Below the pieces are notes generated by a model, which was not told the DNA's origin, made no database searches, and worked only from the letters and a program-made list of their open reading frames with translations. A program made the position numbers and the translations under genes. Source: Antedon mediterranea (lineage: Eukaryota > Animalia > Echinodermata). Taken from it: DNA of 64,000 bases. Numbering within the stretch: position 1 is the first letter of the stretch; each line of letters begins with the position of its first letter. The DNA lies in contig NC_092676.1 in the NCBI RefSeq assembly GCF_964355755.1, positions 8,223,888-8,287,887 on the forward strand. The letters run 5' to 3'. Positions 1 to 12,200 of this stretch are shown one piece after another.

Positions 1-58
1 TAGTCCATTATTAAGCTAGCTCTTTATATCCTACCTATTAAACTATATATTTACTAAC

Positions 59-271
59 CTTAGGTACACGAGCATCGACCATGAGCTGTTTCTTGGTTTG
101 ATTGTCTGCATCGTTGACATAATTCGCTACAAGTTGTTTACCTGCAAGTGGTGGCAGACCTGCTGAATTTTTTACTCCGACCGAGTTCTTGAAATGAGAC
201 CTGTTCTGGATAAGTACTGGGGCAGGTGGTAGAGGGCGCCGTTCTCTAACGTGGCTGAACAGAGGCTGATC
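59..271 (-). CDS. KIAA1549-like exon 12, cytoplasmic (DQPLFSHVRERRPLPPAP...DARVPK)
   Basis: cttcag acceptor, gttagt donor, 213 nt, phase 0-0, open frame; gene continues beyond the window. Confidence 0.8.
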
Positions 272-3200
272 CTGAAGAAAAAATGAAAGTTTATAAGTTT
301 GTAGTAGCAAAAACACATTTCTCAAATTCTTCACACACCAGTAGACTTTTAGATATATTGATAATAATTTTTTTTTATGTTTTTGTTAAATATTTCGTTT
401 TAATGTTACATAATAGGTATTCCCTTTGACTTAAAATTGAAAAAAAAAAAGTCATTTACATGAAAAGAACTTTAATTTAAAGCAAAAAGAAGTTAATTTT
501 ATTACAACTGCCTATACTCATGGTATGTGCTGTATGATTTGATTTGAATTTATATGAAAAATCATTATAAAAAATACCTACAAATTGATAACATTAATTA
601 TTGACTAAACGTAATACATTTTCCAGAATAGCCCCAAAAGCTACAGAATAGAAATAGCCAATGGTTAAAAAATAATATGTGTCTAGTCATGGAGTTCTAG
701 TGTTGTTCTGTGCAAAGTAGGCCTGTGCAGTACAGAACAAATGACAAATCTTCTGAAGAGAAGAGGGAAAGTACATTAGGTATTTATATTGGTTCAGATA
801 TCAAACATAAAATTTAGAATCATAGCCAACAGACTTTATGGAGAGTCTCTGTTATATTGTTTGATAGTGGGGAAGAAAAGGACATACTGCTCTCTATTTT
901 ATTGGTGTACATTAAAGAATCAGAATGATGAAATTCAGTGGCTGTAAAGTTTACAAATAAACAAACCATCTCCGTATGCGACGTTTCTGAAGTGACACTA
1001 GATGATGACGGATGAATCCTTCCACTACGTTTTCGGGATGCTCTAATTTTCACAGGGATATCTTCATCTAGGTCGGTGTCCCTAAAATTAAAGAAAACAA
1101 GAGTTCATTAAACATAATCTCCAGATTTACTGATATCCAAAGATAATGTTGCTAGGATTATCATTGAATCATGGACACTAACACCATTTGCTTATACAGT
1201 AATTATTATATAAATCATGAATTTTTATGAGTTGAATGGGAAGAATATTTATGAATTAAAGGAACACTCTCATTGTCCTAACATAAACTGAAAAAGTCCC
1301 ATGTCATAGCACACATAACATTTTCTCTGTCTTTCTTTTATATAACAGTTTGACCAGGGAGTTGTTATTGTTATTATTATTATTATCTAATAACAACTCC
1401 CTGGTTTGACTTTATAAAATTATGCAAATTAGACTTTACATTCTATTTTGGTTATATATTCGAAAATGTTTAATTAAATTACTAAAAAGCTAAAACATTT
1501 TATGGTCAGACGTTGGTTTTGTATTTATAGAGACGTGATCGATACAATTGAATTTGCATCTAATAGCTTTGTAATGTTTATATATCTGCAAAATGACGAC
1601 AGGTGGTTCATTGGTATAAATCAATATGTACAATGTCTACATATATTTCAACATTATCAACAACCATTGTGCATATTATATCATATGCAATATCATGTCA
1701 GTATGATGACGTACAGTGAATATAAATGTAAATTTACTTAATTTTTAATATTTAATGATTTCATAACCAGGATCCAGTGAGTAAAGTATAATTAAGATAT
1801 CCATAACAAGTTATTGTTATACATTTCATATTTACATTACCAGGCAGAAACTGTTTTTGTCAATTAATAAGCTTTGGATTACCATATTTAGAATAAACAC
1901 TCACCGTGGAATATAAACAGCCCTAGAATAAAGACCCTTTATTTTTTTCTTTGCTTAAACGTCCCACCAGATTCCTATACAGCTGTATTATAACACATTT
2001 TTATTTATAGTATACAGATATTGACTGCTTAGAGGTTAAATATAAGATTTGACATCCCCGAGGGAATGATATTAAGTTCGAAGGAATATATATTTCCCGA
2101 AGCGCCAGCTGAGGAAAATATATATTCCCCGAGAACTTAAGATCATTCCCGAGGGGATGTCAAATCTTATATTTTACCGATATAAAAGGCGATATCTGTT
2201 ATATTATATAGCCAAGAACAAGTCTGCTGGGTTGGGTGAAGCTAGGCTAGGCCTCCTATAGTATTTGTATTGTATGTAAACAAGCCTGCCTAGACACCTT
2301 ACCTTGCGAAGAATAATATACAGATAATTACTAATTAATGATTCCTTGGCAATAAAATATTCACTTAGGCCTAGGTCGTTTAAATTAACAGAAGAATTTC
2401 CATCAATAAGCCTATTAATAATAATATTATAATCAGGTAGGCCGAATAAACAATTCGTCTTCTTCTCTTCGAGGAGCCGAATCGCCGGATGTTCAGCGCG
2501 TACTAGTTACTAGGTTACTACCGTGAGTTTTGACCAATCACAAACGGTGTTTCATCACATTTAGGGAGGACTAATAACAAATGAGGGCGCTATGTATGCA
2601 TAGCTTAAATAGTTTAAAAGATTAATTTCTTCAAGCAAGTTCCGTGGCGCAGCGGTTGAAGCGTTGTCTTGTGATGGAGTGACAATTCCATCCCGAGTTT
2701 AAGATCCAGTAAATTTTGTTTATTTATCGGCAAACGCGAGTGTTGCACACGAAAATTACACAGTCAATATCATCGAACTCGAGAATTTATATGATTAATG
2801 ACAGGGGACACGATAATTACGCGAAAATTACTCAGTCAATATCATCATTCTTGAGGATATATACGATTTACGATCCTCGCAGCGGTAGTCATGTGACGCA
2901 GTTTCAACCAATCACGTTCACGTATTTACATAGGCTATGTAATTGTCGGAGACTGGATTTATTTGATTGTCCAGACCTACTTTGCTGAGGGAGGGATATT
3001 TTATTTTAACGTTACGCCTAGTATGTTTTACAGTTTCTTCTGCGGATGTTTATTTGACTAGTGAGATAGTAATTAGGCTAGCGCGTTCCTCTCACTGAGC
3101 GGGAGATTGAGACTCTGCCTTGAGAGAGACAAGACGTGTCTGGCAGAGACAGATGAGAACCTTGATTATTTACTATTTTATGAGCGTGTAACTTGATGTA

Positions 3201-6200
3201 ATTCGGTACGTTGTAACTTATACTTATTGATTATTGTCTGATTGTATTTTAAGTTCATGATTTAAGGTGTTTAATGACGAGATTATTCATAGCTCGGCCC
3301 AATATTAATTTGTTATAAGATGATATAATGGATGTTCGCCTATGATAGGATTAGCCTCTTGGGATGGTTCGTTTTGATAATACGATCTACTGTTTACTTG
3401 ATTATGATTAATATGAATGCTTATGACTATGTAATTGATTATTGTTAATTCTAATTGCATTTCGATGGCTTTATTCAATCAAAGTAACATTTAGTTATCT
3501 TGTCTTTCATAGAAAATAAAAATTAACAGTAAAAATTATTAAAATAAGAGGGGCAACATTCCTAAAAAGCAAAGCTTGTATAAAGCAGCCCATAGAAAAT
3601 GAAAAAAAAACAAAACAGGACAACACGGGAACCGGAAACAGGACAAAAACAGTAATGAAGACTTTTAGATTCAGGGTACCGAAAAGACTAAATATCAAAA
3701 CTACAATGAGTGAAAGGATAATTAAACATAACTAGATAAGAGGTGCCGTTTCAATTTAAAAGAAAAACTCTTCTTAGACAAAGCACTTTTTATATTAACT
3801 GGTACGTTATCCCAAAGTTTAGGACCAGTGAACTTAATACTATGTTTAAAAGAAGTAGTTTAAAAAAAAGGAATACGTATTTGATTTGCGCTCCGAGTAC
3901 TGTGGTTATGAAAATTAAGATTGAAACTAAATAAATCATCAAAGTATGATGGCAGGATCGAGTTTAGCCATGAATAGAGGAAAACACTTTGTTGAAGATG
4001 GTTAATATCCTGAATTTTAAGAAGACCAAATGAAGAAAATAAAGGATTGGAATGGGATAAAGGAGGAGCATTTGCTATGTATCTTACGGTTTTCTTTTGG
4101 ATCAATAACAGTATGTTTAAGTAGGACGGGTATGTATTACCCCAAATAATATTACAGTAAGTGAGGTAAGGGAGGATTAGTGAACAGTAAAGAATTCGGA
4201 GTATGTTTTGAGGGATGAAAGATGATAATCTATATATGATACCAGAACTTTTGGATATTTTGTTTTCGACTTGAGTAATCTGATGTTTCCAATTTAGCTT
4301 ACAGTCCAGATAAACACCAAGAAATTTAGTTTTCTCAACAATAGGTATTAATTGATCTTTAATTTTTAGTTTAAAAGTACTAGTATTTAGTGGTATTTGT
4401 GAATTTTTGAACACCATACAACAGCACTTCTTTAGATTAACAGAAAGTATGTTAAAATTTTGGGTAGATTTTCGGTTGATATTTTAAAAAGGGAATCTAT
4501 ATTTTCATCAGTGTAAATTAGGGTTGTGTCATCAGCATACAACAGAAAAGAAAACATATTTGAGGCATTATGGATATCATTTATGTATAATAAAAATAAT
4601 AGAGGCCCAAGCAGGGAACCTTGAGGGACTCCACAAATAATAGGAAGAAAATCAGAAAGGGTGTGTTTAAATTTATTATTGGATTTTTGTGACTACGATT
4701 GTTATAGCCTAATTGTTAATTAAATTTAGTTAAGATACGATGTGCGTAGCTGCTTATATGTTGATGATCATTAATTTGCGATGATACTATTATGCCTGCG
4801 ATTGTACATTAAGAATTTGCATTGTTATTGGTTATATTTATTTAGAGCATTGATAAGAACAACGACTGTGTACCAGAGTGGAGTTGACTCTTGATTGTTT
4901 GGCTACTTGTATGAGGGCATTGCAGGTTCGATTTTTTGTTGCTTACTGTAATTATGTATTCGATCTTGTATTAATAGTTAAAAGAGTATTTAAGATGCTT
5001 GAGTTTTATATGAGATAATTGCTATGGAAATATATGCGTTTACGCCTATGGATTATATATGTATTGATAATTTGTGTTAAGCTGTGTAATGGATACGGGG
5101 TTGTATTAGAAGAGATCTATGAGAGATCAAGTTAACCTTTTATTTGGGGGTATCAGTGGTATGTGTAATGATGCACGTATTGATTATTCTCTGTTTACAT
5201 TGTGTTTCAGGGGTGTTTGTACTTTTATCCTTTCGTTTTGCTACATCTGTATCAGTTTGAAGTTGTGTTCCAATAAACGTCTAAACAACGTATCCAGTAT
5301 TTGGTCTATTCCTTTGACGTGTTTGTTCGACTCACGACATAATATTAGAATTTATTGACTGCTTCAATATGATATAGAAATTACAAAGCATTATAGTACT
5401 ACATTTGATAATTTCTTGATATTAAATATGATTTTTTTTACATCATGCTGGCATTCATTTGAGTATATACAGTATATGCTACCGTTTTAAACCCCAAAAA
5501 ATAAATGCCCACCTTGAATAAAAGCTTTTTTTAAATAAACTGCTCCCTAAAACCCTCTTAAACAAATGTCCTGGTAATAAATATGGTTAAACAAATAAAA
5601 AAACTTACTTCATTTGGGTACCTTGACTGTGATGTTTACCATTACGGTACCTTGGTTCATTGAAGCTAGTTTCGCTGGCAATCAGTTTCCCTCGATCAAT
5701 ACTAACTTTAAAACGTCCCAATTCAAGAGCAGATACAGCTCGATCTACCGTTTGCTATTTTGAATAAAAATGTAATCTCAAATAAAATTGTGGAATGCGT
5801 AATTATTATTTTATTTCAGGTATAGGTTATACAAGTAATCAGATGTATCAAACATGTACTAAAAAAAAATCATCTCCATATTGTTTTAAATCAATGATTT
5901 TGCTTATTTTTTTTCAAAATAAGCTACATTTCCCCCTTAAATCTTAGATGATGAAGTAAGTATATCTATAAGATAAAAAGAACAGTTTTTCACTTAAGCA
6001 CTTCTAAACAATCTTGACTTAAGCTAAAAGATTGATAAATGCCAGACCAGACATTTTGGGCTAGTCCAAAAGTGTCTGGCAGTGCGTAACGGCTATGAGT
6101 ATTCACTGGCTAAACCCAGGGCCCCCGGAGCTTACAGGGGCCTCTCAGCAGGGTCTAAAGAAAACAACAGACTTTAGAATAATATGCTGAAAAAGGCTGA

Positions 6201-9200
6201 AAGTGGCCAAGGCTTCCAGCATTGCAAGGTCACTTAGGGTCCCTGAATCAGGGGCCTCTGGCCTCTGCGTTATGCCACTGGTGTCTTGTTTTTAGAAGAG
6301 GTAACTATAGGAGTTTGAAATGGCTTCATATAAAAATAAATATAAATCTTTATTTTAAAATGGAGGCTTTAAAATGTGTTGTTCCACAACGCCGTATCAA
6401 AGAAATACAACTATCACAACTATCAAAATGATGAACAACATCAAAAATCATAAATTGAAAGGAGGAAAAAAAAAGGTATAAATTTATATAATTTTTGGAT
6501 AATAGATTTAAAGTTAGTAGATATAAATTAAACAGAAATGCTAAAATTATAAAACTCAGTTAAATAATTAAGAAGAAATTAATCTTTTGAAATTGTTTAG
6601 GGAACAAGCATTTTTTGTGTTTACAGTATACCAATTTCGTTCCAAATTATTCTGTATTTGGCTTTACTATACACAAACCTTGTATCAAATGAGAATTTAC
6701 TTTGTGTAAATGTATTGGTGTTTATAGAATTCAAATGGTTGAGATATGTTACTGAATCTCGTGAGACAGTGTGAGCAATACATTTACAACATCTATGCAT
6801 AGTCAACAATTAATATTAGATGAATACATGTAAATTTGACGTTTTGGCTTTTTCAATTTCATTAAATCTTAATAAACATAAAATAAGCCTACAATGAATG
6901 ATTTATATATATCCATTTACTTCATCAAAGTTCATCGTTCTTGTTAATAAACCAAGAATTTAAATGACATTATGCTACCGAAATGCTTTGAAGTAGAGGC
7001 TGATAACATCATAAACATTTCACACAGGTTATTTAAAGATATTTGTTGATTGAGCAGATTAACACACTCCTACATGTATTAATATGTAAAGGTTTTAAAA
7101 ATTAAAGAGATCAACGTATTACAAACTGAAAATCACAATAACAAAAATAAATTGAATCAAACAAACAATCTAATGAAATTAATAAATAAATTATAAAAAT
7201 AAATATTGATTTGATTCAAGCTACAGTTATCATAATATGAAATACTTGCAATTTAATTGAATGTTTGCCAATTCTAAAAGTGTTATAAATTAAAGATATG
7301 TTGCTATAGTGTTTTCTCACTGTACAGTCATATTTATGTAAAGTATAAGCAATCCATTCAATAATTCAATTGTTATAGGAAATAAGCAATTCCAATTTCA
7401 AAAGTGGTATAAAATAAATTTAATTTGCAAAAGTGCTGTAATTCTATTATATAAATTTTCAATCGATTTAACTGAGTGAGTGGCCAGGCATTTAAGAAAG
7501 TGGTTCCTTGTAATCCATAGTCATAAAATTGGCATGAGTTTGAGTTGGTGGTAGTATGAAACTTCTCGAACTATATACTGTAGGTCCAGCGTACACAAAA
7601 TGATCGTGTGCACTAAGAACTTTACAGTACATCTTTCAAGACAAGTACAGGGATTACCAAGGTACCAAGTGGTACTTTACACACAGCCACTGTCGTGGAC
7701 AGAGCACCTGAATTTGTACCAATATGACGTGATCAACACAGAGGCCTGAGGCCCCTGGTTTAGGAACCCCAAGTGGCTTTCCAACACTGGCGGCCTAGGG
7801 CGTTTTTAGCCTTTTTCGACATATTTTAATGCCCGTTTTTTCCTCTGGACACTGCTCAGGGGCCCCTTTAAGCTCCGGGGCCCCTGGGTTTGGTCAGTGA
7901 GCGCTCATAACCGTTACGCCACTGGCCGTGATGTGGTAGAAAAGTGCAACATCCAAGTCCACAGCGCCATGAGCATATGATCTTTATTAGCATCACACTA
8001 TAGGTTTATTTTTATAGTAATGTGTTTTGTTTGTGGGTCCCTGCGAGACAAGTTTTAACTTCTAGAAGGGATTCATGATAATAATGACTTCCACTACTTT
8101 ATCTATGTTCACTTTAATATCTTTTTTTTATTTTTGTATATGTTCATTCATTATTATCTGAATAAATGTAATCTGAATCTGAATTTTACTCTAAAATTGG
8201 TTTTATATATTTATATACAGTATACTGTATAAATAGTAGGCATATCCTTTTAATCACATTCGTTTTAGATCCAATTTGATAAAAAATAAATTATATTTGC
8301 GATAGTTTTATTCACTAATTCATATCTTGAGTCATAGCAGCAAGTCATAAATTACAGAATCCATTTAATAACAGGTTACTTCAATACAAGATTAACAAGT
8401 ATACGATCTGAAAAGCGGCACAAAATAAATTAAACTCTGAGGTTTACATTTGCTAATTTGATGCGTCCATATGTATATGACTCACGTTGCACACTCCTAA
8501 AACAATGTTATGTATGGTACTGTATTGCATCTATTGAATAAACCTTGTTGGGAATACAAAGGTAAAACATATGGCAAATTCAGTGGTGGGCGTGGAGACA
8601 TTTTAAATATTTACAAAAAGTGGATAATGCACAGTATTTTCTTGAACAAATAAAGTTGGAAATATTTGATTATGGCGAGAGTTTGTGTTTTTTACCATCA
8701 TACCCATGAGAATCAATATCAAAAGGCTTCAATGAAAATGCAGACCGTCTTTTACGTGACATGTTTCGAGAATTCTATTCTCATCATCGGAACTGTAATC
8801 AACACCTAGAGTACATACCTACTAGCTACACAGTTGTATTTAAATGAGCCAATAATTAACATAATGAAGAATGAGGTAAAGCGGTTAACTTAACAATCAT
8901 ATTGCAAGCTTGATGCCTAAGTTATAGATTTGTTTGTTCGAGGAAGGTTTCTTCCACGTGATGGAAGGCCTTACACCGTTCTGAATCCTGCAGATGTTGA
9001 AAAATGTGAGAAGCCCCATTCCTGAGATGTTCACCCACCCTTATTGATAACCGTCTATTGTTTTCAACAATATACATGGAATTACATCCCATACATTTAA
9101 ATTGAACACAAGAGCGGAACATATCCGGGAAAGGGTCGTTAGACTAAAAAAGTTTGAAATCTTAAATGATTTAAATGCTCATTTGCAACATTAACGTGTT

Positions 9201-12200
9201 ATTTTATCGATTCTTAGTTGTGCGAATTTAGCAAACTGTAAGGAAATTTAAAATAAAAAACATTATTTTGTTCATTAATCATTGCAATAACAGAAAATAT
9301 TATTTAGATATCTATTAATTTTTATTCTTAATCATTCTGAGGGGGAAACAGTTCTGGTGTAAAAAGTAAAATTAAGAATAGAAATGTCATTGCTAAAGCT
9401 AGACCAGAATTATTTAATTTGTAGTCATACTTAGTGGCGCCTAGTATTTGCTTGTTACAGAATATATTCATTGTTTTATATTGATTGCGTTTTGTATAGC
9501 GACACGACAGCATTCTATACCACAAAATAATAAACTTCAGCCGTATTCACCGAAGACATTCATTTATTTGTATTGTCCCACTGAAAAAATAATTAAACAA
9601 TTTTTGTCTGAATATGTCATTTTAATGCAACAAAATAGTTATTCATTTTGAGCAAAAACAGGATTGAAAAAAAAATTATTTACCTGAAAAAAATGTAATT
9701 AAAACAAAAAACAGTCAAATGGGTTTTTGGTTGAATTTAAACATTTATTTGTGATTAAGTGATTAACTTGATTAAAACTACAAAATTATTTTATTACTTC
9801 ATTTTTCATGTTTTTGGGGGACAATGCATCTTTATATAAATTAAATATTTAAGGATTTCTCGTAAACTGGTATTCCTTTTGATACAAACAATTTTAAATT
9901 TTAGTGTACCACTTGGCCTGTTTAAATGGTGACTATAAATATCTACTGCCTATTTGACAGCTCTTATAAAAAAGAGGAAGGTTGTCATATGGTTTTATAA
10001 ACCAAATTCTTCATGTTTCTGTTGAGGCTTTCTTAAGCTCTTAAGCACTATCTACACTACCAAACTTGTAGTAACAAAATAATTTGGGCATGATGACATC
10101 AAATTACTACCATATTTGGGCACATCACATTTTTTTTTTCAAACTAATTTGATAGTGTAGACTGAGCTTTACTCTGTGGAAATAGATCAAAAGTATTTAG
10201 ATTTAAAGTTGGCACTAAATAAATATAGAAATAAGATTTGCTTACCAGAGATGTTATTTCTGTTTTTCCTGTTCGTTTTTTGCAGTAAAAGTAAACTGCG
10301 ATTGCAATGAAGATGAGAATGAAAATAATAACAACAGCCAGAGCTATCCAGAAAGCAATGTAACTTGTTCCTTCTATAAGTAACTTTAACTCCAAGACCT
10401 GGCAAATTTAAAAAGACATTTAATTAGTTTGATCCAACAATGACACAATATGTATTTTGGAGACAGATGTTAGTCCACCTTGAAGCTTTAGAAACAATTC
10501 CAACCGCTGTTAACTATGGATTATTTCATCAATATTTAGGTACCGTATTTATTTATAATAAACGCCCCGCTTTGAATAAATGCCCATCCCCATCTCTCCC
10601 AATAAAAAATCGTTTGGAAAAAAACGCCCCCACAACCCTCAATTAAACACCCCAGGACCTTTATTTTTTTCTCACAAATAAACGTCCCAACACATGCATA
10701 AACACACAATATATTGTATTACAACACATTTCAGTTTTTAGTAGAATTCGTTGACTTCCATTGACATTATTTGTGTAGTATTTTTTCATATCTAGGGAGT
10801 ATTTATTTTATTACACATGTTACCATATTACACGCAAAAATAGAAACGCCTCGAATAAAGGCCCCCTACAAACTCTCCTGTTAATTAAATAATGTAACTA
10901 AAATTATTAATAAAAGTATGATGCAGCAACAATGCAAATACAGCGGCAATTTTAGAAGTTTCTGTTAGTTGGTATGACATGTTGGGGTATACTTTATAGT
11001 TCATTTGATTAATATTCAGGGAACTTTTTGGGCTGAAAGTTAAAAATTAATGGAAATTACAGATGGGAGTAGGGGCATACTGTAAGACCAGTACGCACAT
11101 GTGAGGATCTAGACTTGTGTTTTCACGTAATTGAAGAGTAAAAATTGTCTTAAAAAGAATTTAGGAGCTGGACTAAAGTACTGTACATAAAAAAACTTGT
11201 TGAGATAATATAATTAATTGTGTAATATCACAAACTTGTGTAAAAACAATAAATGTTGATTGAACGAGTTGTGCTGTACATCAGTCCCGTGAATAAATAA
11301 AGTTTATATACGGTATAATTATAATCTATAAATCATACACAAATAATTATTGATGAAGTACGGTACACATTACAATTAAAATTCTTTTATATTCATTGTT
11401 TAAAATTTGTTTACAACATTTTTCTATTATGGCAAAAGATATTAATTTCAATATTTTGTTGAGTTTAAATAACTAATAATCATAAGATGTATTTAATCAG
11501 CTGTTTATTAAAAGACAAATATTACAGAATTTCTGGAATCCATTACAATAAAATCAATACAAAGTTCTTTAAACAAAAACAATTCAAAAAATTGTAAATG
11601 AAGATTAATAGCAAACAAACCACAATTTTGTCAATTCATCAGGTGATTAATAATGGCGTTGTCAATTAATTTTGTTTTATGACACGTTTATCAACTGATA
11701 CATAAACGTAATGCGAGAATATTTTAAAGAGAATCGCATTCAAAATGAAATGAAGAAATCATTGAACTAGTCTCTCCATAATGTGAGCACATTGTTAAAA
11801 AAGAAATCAATATGGAAACGTCCCTAAATACCACACTACATACTGTAAAGTACACTCTTATACTTAATAACTACACGCATATGTTTTAGAATACTAATGC
11901 ACTATAGTCTAGAAAAGAGTATTTAGACTAAGTTAAGATTATGTTAAGTTACATTTAGTAGTAACGTTCATTATATTTAGGGCTTATGTTAATACTAGCC
12001 TGTAGGGTTAGGTGCGTGTGGTACTATATACAGTATAGCATTGTGTAGTGTCATGTGGTGTTTAGTTTAGACTCTGTAAAGCTGTCTACACTATCAAACT
12101 TTATGTGATGTGCCCATATATGGACATGATGATATACCACTGCCATATGGCATATCATTACCATATTTGGTTTACATCACACATTTTTGTCACATAAAGT

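Noticed and set aside
2636-2710. tRNA-like sequence (TGGCGCAGCGG A box, degenerate B box)
   Set aside because: No convincing cloverleaf; it lies inside a repeat element and is better read as a SINE-head remnant.
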